Shown here in pieces: positions 13,968 through 26,384 of a DNA stretch of 64,000 nt (its first letter is position 1; the number at the start of each line of letters is the position of its first letter). This DNA comes from Mobula hypostoma (Eukaryota): positions 25,422,001 to 25,486,000 of the forward strand of contig NC_086118.1 in NCBI RefSeq assembly GCF_963921235.1. Reading direction: 5' to 3'. The notes under the pieces are model-generated. The model searched no databases. It was not told where the DNA came from and saw only the letters and a list, made by a program, of their open reading frames with translations. Both the position numbers and the translations under genes were made by a program.

Positions 13968-14924
13968 GAGCTGGAATAAATTCTTGGGTTTAAAAGTACC
14001 TACACTGTTAACCATACTTAACACAATTTGCACACTTGTTTACACCTGAAACTCTGCTACTGAAATTCATTTCCATTGACTTCAATAGAACAGCAATTAA
14101 GAAGCAGAGTTGAATGCTATGTGCTGTTTCAATCAATATACCTTGTTTAATTATCTCTGTTTTAATAACATTGATGTCTGAGGCATTAATTATGTCTGAA
14201 GACCATTAAGTTTGATGCTCTCTTGCTTATGATAGCTGGACATTATTAATTTTCTTTACACATTTTCTGTTAACTATAGAGATTGGTTCCCACCTGCAGC
14301 CAATAGAAAATGCATGGCGGGGGTGGGGGGAGGTAAATGGCATAAAACAAAATTCCTCAATTTGGATTGTAAAATTGTAAATCATCCAAAAATTTCTAAG
14401 CACTCTTATATAATCAACTGTAGATTTTAACTGTTAACTAATTTTAATATCAATTGTACAATTTATTTTGATACTCATTTATATTTTTACTTCTAACCAG
14501 TTTTATTCATGTTCAACACGTATGTAGGTTCTGATGGCAAAATGAACATGGCATCTGTAGACAATACAATTTGGCTTGGCAGTTTAATTTGAATTGGAAT
14601 TGCCAGTTATAGAGTTAGAATTCATATGCCACCCAGCTTCATTTGTTGCAAGTAAAATCTGTTCTATGAACAACTGCATTTAACTCTGCTTAAATTCTGT
14701 TTATTAAAGTATGTGGAATTGAATAACAACTGTCAGATTCTATGCACAGAGGTTATTGAATCACGTATTTAGCGCACAAAAGAGAATAAATTTCTACATC
14801 TAAGAACTTGGTTTCAGTCGTGAACTAAGTGATTGTAGTATTTAACCATCTTAAACTGGTTTAAACTTCAGTTGTGGCCAGTGTGAGTGTGTAAAGTTGA
14901 TTTGGATTGTTTTCTTTTTATCAG

Positions 14925-14956
14925 AAAAGAGAGAGTCTTTTTCAAGTATATCATGG
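14925..14956 (+). CDS. NDEL1: NDEL1 alternative 32-nt cassette exon giving a C-terminus ...DKGKERVFFKYIMGQ*
   Basis: ttttctttttatcag acceptor and G|gtaatt donor; inclusion shifts the last exon to GG CAG TAA (stop 16797-16799); resembles the mammalian NDEL1 isoform ending GQEKVIFPTLFMGQ. Confidence 0.8.
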
Positions 14957-16791
14957 GTAATTAATTTTATTGCATTCCTTCAAAGTGATCACCTGCATGT
15001 TGTTGCAATGGTGATGTAAGTGGAAGCAGTATTAACACCTGAACTCAAAATTAAGTTTCACTAACAGCATGGGGTTTTGGTATTCTGTGGCAAGTTATGA
15101 GAGCCTACCCTAAAAATGACATGTCTAGCATTATTCCTCGAACTTTAGCTCCTAATAATTTTAAATTTTGCCCTATAATTTTTTAAGGCTGTCTGTTGAG
15201 TTAGTCCCAGGGCATGTGATGATGTCTGAAGGCAGCTTAGATTATAAAAATTGTCTTCGCTTAGTGTCAGTCTGTCTCTGCCCACGCTTTTGGTCATCCG
15301 TACCTTGGTGTCAAATTTTGCCTGGTAATACTGCTCTGTGAAAAACCTTGGTAGCATCTGCTACAGTAGAAGTACACAATAAATGCAGGTTTTGTCAGTA
15401 CAGTCTAGCTGCCGCTGAGCCCATAGTATAAGACTGCAGTGAATAGAGCACAGTTTCCCCACTTGAAGAGAAACCAAATAGAATGTGACAAATGGCTGAG
15501 AGTGTATTTTGGAATTTGGAATGTTTGAAGTTTTAGCCAAAATTCTAATTTTTTTAACCCATGTATATGCATGTGTCTGGAAAGAGTATTTTTACAATGG
15601 TTCATGTTTAGATATACAGAGCCTCTTTACAAGAAAGAGGCAAATAACCATCAAAATATTTTAGTTTCTGGGTAGCATTCTCTCTTGGGACTCAAGTTTT
15701 TCTGGTTAAGTTTTGATAATGCATAACAAGATCTGCTTGCCAACTGGAGATTTATGAGAAAATCAAAACTAAAGCTTTGTGTACTGGGCTAAACTGTGAA
15801 TGGAAATCTGAATACCAAAATATAACCAAGTTTGTAATCTGAAAAAGACTGAACAAGAACAGCCTTGGACCAAAACAAGACAATAACTTAAAATTGATAC
15901 CATCCAATACACAATGCTTTCTCGTAAAAATACTTGGCTGTGGATTTATCCCTTGTACTTTGAAAGATGAGGCATGGCTAAACTCATACTAACAAATGTG
16001 TACATTTGCTCTTCAAGTTTTCTGTAGATTTGTTTTTTTTAAAAAAAAAAATCAGTGGTTACCTATAACTAATGTAGTTTTAAGTTATCATGTAGTTCTA
16101 AAAATATTTGTCCAAATGCAATAAATTTTATTAGGTAAGGATAATCATTACTGATTATATACAGAAATTATTTTAAATATGGAAATTGCTATTTCCCTTT
16201 CCAGATCAGTGATAAAGTTGCATGTCGATTAATTCTTAATGTAGATAATTCATGGTCGTTCTAATCATCTTGGATTAGCTATCTTCACAGGTTTTTCAAC
16301 ATACACATTGACCTACTGAAATAAACAGGAGTAAATTATTTCAACTCCTGAAGTTTAAAACAATCTGTTAATTATTGTGTATGTTTCAGGCTAAATTCTA
16401 ATAAAAAGATGATTTAGTTGCAATATATAATCTAATGGCATTTTCTAGTAATATATTAATATTTTCATGTAGAGTTTTGCCAAATTACTACTGTAGAAGA
16501 ATAATGTAGCTCTTTAATTTTCAAGGCCAGACGGTGCTGCAGGATGCAGGCAAAGTATTGAAGGAAGTCAAATCTCCAGAAATAGACTCTACAGGAAACC
16601 AAAGCAAGTGAATTGATTAGAGTCTATATAAGATTTTACTCTTTTCAACCAGGGCTACTAGTGAACTTGATAATTGCTTTTAGACAGTTTAGAGATAATA
16701 ATTAACACTTGAATATTGATAGAATTTGCTAGGTCTGTAGCATTCGTGTATAAAATGCTTTAATGTAACAAGTTTCTTTTGTTAAATGTAG

Positions 16792-16879
16792 GGCAGTAAA
16801 TGGTCTAGACCAAGCACCTGCTGGAATTGGATCAGCACCACCTTCTTCCCCACCTGGCATGCTGCCACTCAGTGTCTAA
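16792..16879 (+). CDS. NDEL1: NDEL1 terminal coding exon (PLSV isoform)
   Basis: tgtag|G GCA GTA AAT...; encodes GAVNGLDQAPAGIGSAPPSSPPGMLPLSV*; the GMLPLSV end is diagnostic of NDEL1 rather than NDE1. Confidence 0.96.
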
Positions 16880-17694
16880 ATAGCCATACTGCACCTTTTT
16901 ATTAAAAAAAGGAAAATGTCTACTTCAGCAACAGGATAACCATTGTAACCTGGCTACAAATGGAGTGCACTGCAGTGTGTAGGAATTTCTGAACCTTCAC
17001 TTTCATTTGTTCTGGATGAGATTTTCAGTTAACCAGTATGCCTCTGATAAAATGTTAATTAGATTTCTTGTTGATATTAATGCTATTATTGTTTGTCACG
17101 GAAACAAAAGACTTGTATATTGAACATTCAAAATTTAAATTCCAATCAGTATTGGAAAAGTACATATTCAAAGATATTGTGGTATACAAGGTAATTGTTC
17201 ATGCCACTTGTACGGTTGTGACTCTCCAGATAGTTGGTCTAGGATTCTTGGTTACGTGCCTGGATTTGGTGATGTTTTAAAACACCAATTCCTGTAATTT
17301 TTATGTTGTACTGTACAATTTGATTTCTAATGTCAGATTTATTAAGATGTATTTAAGCACTGTTTAAGTGCAAATGGTTTGTTTAAAAAAATGCAAAAGT
17401 TGGATAACTAAAACTTGTACACTTTATTTGAACTATTTGCAGCATTTTTGTTTCTATGCATCAACTCAAATCACTTTTTTTTGCATAATTCAGAATTGTG
17501 TTACCTGTTTACATTGTGTTGCTGTATATGTTTGTAAACATAATTTCCCAAGACATTTGTACATAGCTTGGGCTTTGTAGCATTATTTATTCAGATTCTA
17601 TATGGCATGTTTAATAAAGATATTGTTTACCATTTGCAGTTGTAACAAATCATGATATGTTGTAGAATCTGCTGTTTAATCTTCCAGTAATAAA
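16880..17694 (+). other. NDEL1: NDEL1 3' UTR with poly(A) signals
   Basis: AT-rich, repeat-free sequence after the stop; AATAAA at 17613-17618 and 17689-17694; Pumilio-type TGTACATA at 17558-17565. Confidence 0.7.
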
Positions 17695-18295
17695 TTCATT
17701 CTTTCAACAGCTGCAGCGTGTTAGTCTGTTAAAACATAATAGAATACAGGCTGGAGTCACTACTGATAAGCCTGTAGAAAGTATCTTACTAAGATTTATT
17801 ATTTTTTTAAAGTACATATTATTAAGGTTTAGTAACTGGCACTGAACAAACTGCTGATTAATTTGTACAAGGCCTGCATAATCAAAAGGAGGAACTGGAA
17901 ATAAAACTTGTCTATTTCTACTAGTGTATGAACTTTTCTTCATGATGTGCATTTCCTTTCCACAATATCCTGCCTCTAAAATCTTTGAGCAACTCATCAA
18001 ACAATGATACTGAGGTGGCAGTGGGCAGTGGATTGGTAAGTGGGTGGAGTGCCTGAGACAGTGGTCGGGTGGGAGAGACACTGCTTTTGATACACTGGCA
18101 GGATTCCAGGTAGGGTCAAGCAATCACATGGGTGTCTACTTCAGTACAGTACCACCTGTGCAAGGTCAGTGATGTTTGTGATTTGTCAGTACAGGATACT
18201 TTCTTACAGCCTCTATCAATGTGTATTATACACGTATGTACATGAATTGACAGCAGTTACCGTGCTCAACAGTCTCAGCGTATGCCTGCTCTATA

Positions 18296-19684
18296 GTCAA
18301 GTCAAATTTATTTATAAAGCACATTTAAAAAGAACCCGTGTTGACCAAAGTGCTGTACAAACCATAACAGGTAGCTAAAATCACAAATACAAGAAACACA
18401 TATAAACAAGAAGGTACACAGCTTATAGGCACAAAATAAACAGCACATGAGCCAAAAATCAGCCACGTCAGGAAGACTTAAACGCTACCAAATAAAGGTA
18501 AGTTTTGAGCCTGGACTTAAAAGAGTCAATAGAGGGGGCAGATCTGATAGGGGAATGCTGTTCCACAGTCTAGGGGCTACAACAGCAAAGGCGCGGTCAC
18601 CCCCGAACTTAATTTAGATTGCAGGACAGCTAGGAGCCCCAAGTCGGCCAACCTAAGGGACCTGGAAGTAGAATAAGGGATTAGGAGGTCTGCAATATAG
18701 GAGGAGGCCAGCTTGTTTAGGGCTTTTTTGACAAACTGGAGAACCTTAAAACCAATTCTAAACTGTACTGGTAGCCAGTGGAGAAAGGCCAGCATAGAAG
18801 TAATATGGTCCCTCTTCTGGGCACCTGTCAGGAGCCTGGCTGCGGCATTCTGGACCAGTTGCAGGTGGGACTAATCCTAGTATACAGGGAGTTGGAGTAG
18901 TCCAGGCAGGAGGAGAGAAGGTTGTGGATGACTTTCTCGAGATCTTTGAAAGAGAGAAACGACTTCATTTTGGCAATAGTACGAAGCTGGAAAAAACTGG
19001 CTTTTGCTACTGCATTAACTTGCTTGTCAAACTTAAAGGCGGAATCAAATATCACACCAAGGTCTTTGACACAGGGTTTGACAAAGGTGGACAAGTTACC
19101 AAGACTGTTGGTAATCACTTTGATGGAATCAGGGGGCCAAATAGGACAACTTCAGACTTGCCTTCATTCAGCTGTTGGAAGTTTTGTGCCATCCAACACT
19201 TCATGTCCTCAAGGCATTTCATGAGGCTGACTAGATTTGACTGGTCATTTGGGGGAGGGGAGATAAAGCTGTGTTCGACAGCACAACAATGGAAGGAAAT
19301 ATCATGTTTTTGAATGATTTGACCGAGGGGAAGCATGTATATAGAGAAAAGAATGGGACCTAGGATGAAACCTTGTGTGACCCCACAGGAGAAATTAGCT
19401 GGAGAAGAGGAAAATTTGCCTATGTTGATGGAGAAGCTTCGATTTTTGAGGTAGGATGTGAACCTGTTCAAGGCAGTACCATCAACAACAACCCCGTACT
19501 AGAGACGGTGTATTAAGATGGCATGATCCACCATATCGAATGCTGTGCTGAGGTCAAGAAGAAATGATAAGCCTTAAAACCTGACTGAAATCTTTCCAAG
19601 ATGTTGTTTTGGTGTGGGTAGGGCAGCAATTGACTAAGAATAACCTTTTTGAGAACCTTTGACAGGAATAGAAGATGTAAGATC
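18296..19684 (-). mobile_element. Degenerate L2-clade LINE (3' part)
   Basis: Broken RT-like frames (CGVTQGFILGPILFSIYMLPLG; VKDLGVIFDS; LHWLPVQFRIGFKVL); short-repeat tail (ttgac)n at 18296. Confidence 0.85.
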
Positions 19685-19692
19685 AAATTTAC

Positions 19693-22136
19693 CAAATTGG
19701 TAAAGGTGCTGAGGAAGAGGATTTCTTGGAATGTATGCGGGATGGTTTTTTGAACCAACATGTCGAGGAACCGACTAGAGAGCAGGCTATTCTGGACTGG
19801 GTTTTGAGCAATGAGGAAGGGTTAATTAGCGATCTTGTCGTGAGAGGCCCCTTGGGTAAGAGTGACCATAATATGGTGGAATTCTTCATTAACATGGAGA
19901 GTGACGTAGTTAATTCAGAAACAAAGGTTCTGAACTTAAAGAGGGGTAACTTTGAAGGTATGAGACATGAATTAGCTAAGATAGACTGGCAAATGACACT
20001 TCAAGGATTGACGGTGGATATGCAATGGCAGGCATTTAAAGGTTGCATGGATGAACTACAACAATTGTTCATCCCAGTTTGGCAAAAGAATAAATCAAGG
20101 AAGGTAGTGCACCCGTGGCTGACAAGAGAAATTAGGGATAGTATCAATTCCAAAGAAGTAGCATACAAATTAGCCAGAGAAAGTGGCTCACCTGAGGACT
20201 GGGAGAAATTCAGAGTTCAGCAGAGGAGGACAAAGGGCTTAATTAGGAAGGGGAAAAAAGATTATGAGAGAAAACTGGCAGAGAACATAAAAACGGACTG
20301 TAAAAGCTTTTATAGATATGTAAAAAGGAAAAGACTGATAAAGACAAATGTAGGTCCCCTGCAAACAGAAACAGGTGAATTGATTATGGGGAGCAAGGAC
20401 ATGGCAGACCAATTGAATAATTACTTTGGTTCTGTCTTCACTAAGGAGGACATAAATAATCTTCCAGAAATAGTAAGGGACAGAGGGTCCAGTGAGATGG
20501 AGGAACTGAGCGAAATACATGTTAGTAGGGAAGTGGTGTTAGGTAAATTGAAGGGATTGAAGGCAGATAAATCCCCAGGGCCAGATGGTCTGCATCCCAG
20601 AGTGCTTAAGGAAGTGGCCCAAGAAATAGTGGATGCATTAGTGATAATTTTTCAAAACTCGTTAGATTCTGGACTAGTTCCTGAGGATTGGAGGGTGGCT
20701 AATGTAACCCCACTTTTTAAAAAAGGAGGGAGAGAGAAACCGGGGAATTATAGGCCGGTTAGCCTAACGTCGGTGGTGGGGAAACTGCTGGAGTCAGTTA
20801 TCAAGGATGTGATAACAGCACATTTGGAAAGCGGTGAAATGATCGGACAAAGTCAGCATGGATTTGTGAAAGGAAAATCATGTCTGACGAATCTCATAGA
20901 ATTTTTTGAGGATGTAACTAGTAGAGTGGATAGGGGAGAACCAGTGGATGTGGTATATTTGGATTTTCAAAAGGCTTTTGACAAGGTCCCATACAGGAGA
21001 TTAGTGTGCAAACTTAAAGCACACGGTATTGGGGGTAAGCTATTGGTGTGGGTGGAGAATTGGTTAGCAGACAGGAAGCAAAGAGTGGGAATAAACGGGA
21101 CCTTTTCAGAATGGCAGGCGGTGACTAGTGGGGTACCGCAAGGCTCAGTGCTAGGACCCCAGTTGTTTACAATATATATTAATGACTTGGATGAGGGAAT
21201 TAAATGCAGCATCTCCAAGTTTGCGGATGACACGAAGCTGGGTGGCAGTGTTAGCAGTGAGGAGGATGCTAAGAGGATGCAGGGTGACTTGGATAGGTTG
21301 GGTGAGTGGGCAAACTCATGGCAGATGCAATTTAATGTGGATAAATGTGAAGTTATCCACTTTGGTGGCAAAAATAGGAAAACAGATTATTATCTGAATG
21401 GTGGCCGATTAGGAAAAGGGGAGGTGCAACGAGACCTGGGTGTCATTATACACCAGTCATTGAAAGTGGGCATGCAGGTACAGCAGGCGGTGAAAAAGGC
21501 GAACGGTATGCTGGCATTTATAGCGAGAGGATTCGAGTACAGGAGCAGGGAGGTACTACTGCAGTTGTACAAGGCCTTGGTGAGACCACACCTGGAGTAT
21601 TGTGTGCAGTTTTGGTCCCCTAATCTGAGGAAAGACATCTTTGCCATAGAGGGAGTACAAAGAAGGTTCACCAGATTGATTCCTGGGATGGCAGGTCTTT
21701 CATATGAAGAAAGACTGGATGAACTGGGCTTGTACTCGTTGGAATTTAGAAGATTGAGGGGGGATCTGATTGAAACGTATAAGATCCTAAAGGGATTGGA
21801 CAGGCTAGATGCAGGAAGATTGTTCCCGATGTTGGGGAGGTCTAGAACGAGGGGTCACAGTTTGAGGATAGAGGGGAAGCCTTTTAGGACCGAGGTTAGG
21901 AAAAACTTCTTCACACAGAGAGTGGTGAATCTGTGGAATTCTCTGCCACAGCAAACTGTTGAGGCCAGTTCATTAGCTATGTTTAAAAGGAAGTTAGATA
22001 TGGCCCTTGTGGCTACAGGGGTCAGGGGGTATGGAGGGAAGGCTGGGTTCTGAGTTGGATGATCAGCCATGATCATAATAAATGGCGGTGCAGGCTCGAA
22101 GGGCCGAATGGCCTACTCCTGCACCTATTTTCTATG
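19693..22136 (+). mobile_element. Young 5'-truncated CR1 LINE with uninterrupted ORF2 (endonuclease C-terminal part plus RT)
   Basis: 775-aa open frame 19726-22053 with SDH, NYRPVSLTS, YLDFQKAFD, GVPQGSVLGP and KFADD motifs; CR1-type 3' UTR ending in tttctatg. Confidence 0.95.
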
Positions 22137-22884
22137 AAAGATATTGTTACAGAAGTTTTGTTCTGGAGGGAATTCCAGAATATGGAGCCCATGATGAATT
22201 TCTGCCTTTTGATTATTTCAATTAACTGCATTTAAATTTCCTATTTGTGGTTGGATTTTAAACTCTTATCTCAGGAACATTAAACTAAGGATCTGCAGTG
22301 TTAATGCAGTAAATTAACCAACATTCTACCTCATTTTCTTCATGCAATATCAAAACCTATTTTATGTTGAACTTCCATGTGGTAGGTAACATCTATGCCA
22401 CACAAGTATTAAGCAATGATTATCTCTCATACAAGGGAATCTAGTTGCCTGTCTTTGACATTCAATAACGCTACTGTTACAGAATTTCTTAACTGCTGTC
22501 TTCCTGTGGTGGGAGGTGGTCTCAGTTGATAGGAAACTCAACTACTGTAACTATTAGAAAAGGTGGGTATTCTGCTGTTCCTCCCACCCCATGACCGACC
22601 CTCCACCTGCAAGGCACAAGTCATGAGTGTGGACAGTCTACCACACTCATGGCTTGAGTTAAGTACTTAATTCATGATGTACAATAAAGCAACCTGCATT
22701 TATTCCCTCCACTAAAGGCAAATAATGTGTACCAATCGGTTACTTACTGACAGCACTCCCCAAAAGCCACAATAACTACTCCTCAGGACAAATGTGTAAC
22801 AATTATTTTGTTCTACTTCACACTTGTGTTTTGGAAATGACATTAAACAATCATGAATCTTAAATACAATTTTACTTATTTAGA

Positions 22885-23118
22885 TACAGTGCAGAATAGC
22901 CCTTTGAGAAGCACCACCCAGCAACCCCTGATTTTAACCTTAGCCTAACCATGGAACAATTTATGATGACTAACCTATCAACTGCTGTGTCTTTGGACTG
23001 TTGGAGAAAACGGAGGAACCCACATGGTCACAGGGAGAACGTTAAGACTACTTACAGACAGCAGCAAGAATTGAACCTGAGTCAGTGGTACCGTAAAGCA
23101 TTGTGCTAACCAATACAC
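22885..23118 (-). mobile_element. tRNA-derived SINE (HE1/V-SINE-like)
   Basis: Minus-strand head TGGTTAGCAC...GGTTCAATTC (A/B boxes) followed by a V-like core (ttctccctgtgaccatgtgggtt...ccaacagtccaaagac); more decayed relatives near 36200-36480, 39830-40070 and 49580-49860. Confidence 0.7.
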
Positions 23119-23659
23119 GAATACTTCTTAGGTATTCTCTATAACTTAAAAAACCATCCTTTCTTAGAAATGTATTGCTTTCCTTTCATCATTGCCAAAT
23201 TTAAATCTTGATTTTCCCCAAAAAGCAAGTGGCGAACCCTTCACCAGTGGTTTGACTACATGCCTTAACTGGCCTAGGTGATAGAGATAAGGATGAATAA
23301 TAATGTTTAGAACATCCTAACCAGACTTATAAAAAGTCACACCTCAATGTTTACTTTCTCTATCATTGATACATTGTGTAGAACTATGTACAATTTATTA
23401 AAGGAATTGCTGTATGTACCTAGACCATTGACACCACCTTCCAGGCTCCTCAAAGTTCAAGGTACATTTATTATCAAATTGTGTATGCAGTATACAATTC
23501 TGAGATTTGTCTTCTGACCATAATCTACGATAAGACCATAAGTCATAGAAGCAGAGTTAGGCTATTTGTCCCTTGGAATCTGGAGATATGATAAAGATAA
23601 GCTTTCCTCCAAGTGGTGACCCAAGTAGGCTGGCGAAGAAGTTATGTGGTATATTTAAG

Positions 23660-25400
23660 ACACATGGCATAAGAGCGGAACTAGGCCACTTGAGTCTGTT
23701 CTGCTATTCCATCATGGTGTATTTATCATCTTTCTCAAATCCCATTCTCCTGTTTCCTCTATGTAACCTTTGGCACCCTTACAAATCAAGAAGCTATAAA
23801 CTTCTGTTTTAAATATACCCAATAACTTGGCCTCCACAGATTCGATGCTTTGGCTAAATAAATTCTTCCTCATCACTTCTAAAAGGATATCCTTCTATTC
23901 TAAGGCTGTGTCCTTTGGTCCTAAACTCCCCCACTATAAGAAATATCTCTCCCTATCCACTCTATCTACATCTTCCAATACACCTGTATTCAATATTTGG
24001 GTCATCAAACACTCTTCCTAAGGTAAGCTTTTCATTCCCAGGATCATTCTTGTGAACTGGACCTACTTCAACACCAGCACATCCTTTCTTACATATGGGA
24101 CCCAAAACTGCTCGCAATATTCAAACAACAGGAATTCTGCAGATGCTGGAAATTCAAGCAACACACATCAACGTTGCTGGTGAACGCAGCAGGCCAGGCA
24201 GCATCTCCAGGAAGAGGAACAGTCGACGCTTCAGGCCGAGATCCTTCGTCAGGACTAACTGAAGGAAGAGTGAGTAAGAGATTTGAAAGTGGGAGGGGGA
24301 GGGGGAGATCCAAAATGATAGGAGAAGACAGGAGGGGGAGGGATGGAGCCAAGAGCTGGACAGGTGATTGGCAAAAGGGATATGAGAGGATCATGGGACA
24401 GGAGGTCCGGAAGAAAGACAGGGGGGGGGGGAAGCCAGAGGATGGGCAAGGGGTATATTCAGAGGGACAGAGGGAGAAAAAGGAGAGTGAGAGAAATAAT
24501 GTGTGTATAAAAATAGCCACACTCAGGTTGGAGGAACAACACCTTATATTCCGTCTGGGTAGCCTCTAACCTGATGGCATGAACATCGACTTCTCTAACT
24601 TCCGCTAATGCCCCACCTCCCCCTCGTACCCCATCTGTTACTTATTTTTATACACACATTCTTTCTCTCACTCTCCTTTTTCTCCCTCTGTCCCTCTGAC
24701 TATACCCCTTGCCCATCCTCTGGGCCCCTCCCCTTGTCTTTCTCCCCGGACCTCCTGTCCCATGATCCTCTCATATCCCTTTTGCCAATCACCTGTCCAG
24801 CTCTTGGCTCCATCCCTCCCCCTCCTGTCTTCCCCTATCATTTTGGATCTCCCCCTCCCCCTCCCACTTTCAAATCTCTTACTAACTCTTCCTTCAGTTA
24901 GTCCTGACGAAGGGTCTCGGCCTGAAACGTCGACTGTACCTCTTCCTAGAGATGCTGCCTGGCCTGCTGCGTTCACCAGCAACGTTGATGTGTGTTGCGC
25001 AATACTCAAAGTGTGGTCCGACTGATGCCTTATGAAGTTTCAATATTACATCCTTGCTTTTATATCCTAGTCCTCTTGAAATGAATGCCAACATTGCATT
25101 TGCCTTCCTTGCCACCCACTCAACACGCAAGTTAGTCTTTAGGCAATCCTGTATGAAGACTCAAGTCCCTTTGCACCTCCGATTTTTAAACTTCTTCCCC
25201 ATTTAGAAAATAGTCTACGCCTTTATTCATTGAACCAAAGTGCATCACTTTCTTACACCGTATTCCAAATGCCACTTCTTTGCCTATTCTCCTCATCTGT
25301 CTTAAATCCTTCTGCAGACTATTTGCTTCTCAACACTACCTGCCCCTCAACCTATCTTCGCAACATCTGTAACCTTGGTCGTACTGTAAAGCCATCAAAT
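23660..25400 (-). mobile_element. Old CR1 LINE fragment hosting a PLE insertion
   Basis: Frame KANAMLAFISRGLGYKSKDVILKLHKASVGPHFEYC continues on the other side of the insertion. Confidence 0.8.
24126..24997. mobile_element. PLE insertion with inverted terminal repeats
   Basis: Minus arm 24126-24514 and plus arm 24515-24997; 13-bp TSD cgcaata(t/c)tcaaa at 24113-24125 and 24998-25010; hammerhead motifs at 24221-24256 (-, GAAA mutated to GAAG) and 24900-24935 (+, intact). Confidence 0.9.
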
Positions 25401-26384
25401 CCATCGTCGTATAATGTCAACCATTTTTTGTTTCAAAATTTAGCCTAAGCCATTGCTATGGGTACCTATTTCACCCTTCATGACATTGACTTTGTCTTTG
25501 CCTCGGTTCATATAGTACTGAAGCTACTCCACAGCTTTGCTACCTCTATTTTTATGCGTTGTTTTGCGATTCCCATAAATTTGAACTCATCTGAATGATA
25601 TGGCCATCATGGTCATCCCATACCATCCCATTTATCCGTAACTCTTAAGCTTGCATATTACTTCTTTGTAAGGGAATCCTCCAGATGGAACTTGCTACTG
25701 TTTTCAGATCCCTTCCTAGTCTCATCTGTAATCTCTCCCAGCCTTATAATTCATTGCAACAGCTACACTTTAACACTAGCCTCCTGGTGATCCACAAATT
25801 TAATTGCAGCACAATGATATCGAGGCATTACACAGCAAATTAGTGAATGATCATATTGGGAAAAATGTATTCTCATGGGAAGGCATCTATGGAAACTTGC
25901 CACCTTCACAGCCTCACCCTGAAGAACCTGACATTCAACCCACCAGCTTAAGATCCTCTGACACCCCTATCAAAGTCTTATATCCTCTACTAACCCTAGT
26001 GGAAGACCCGATTGGGCCTTTGACCCTGACTGCCAGCCCTCTCCCTCAAACACCCTCTGATACTAGACATGAGCTCTCTTTTTGAGTGCTAAGCAGCACA
26101 AAGTAAAGTTGAAATGCCAGATTACCTCAGGTGTGACCGAAGTTTGTAGTAGTAGGCTTACAGTCAAATCAAACAAATCCAGGAATCATACAAATAATCA
26201 TGACTTTAAAAACACCTAGTTTCACAATATGCCTTTAGAGTGCATGAGCAAAACAACAACATCAAAAATAAAGGAAAAACTGCAGAAGCTGGAAATATGA
26301 AATAAAAAGATGGAACACTGGAGATACTCAGCAGGTCAGGCAACCCATAAGGCACAGAACCTAGTGAGTGATAGGCTCCTGGAG

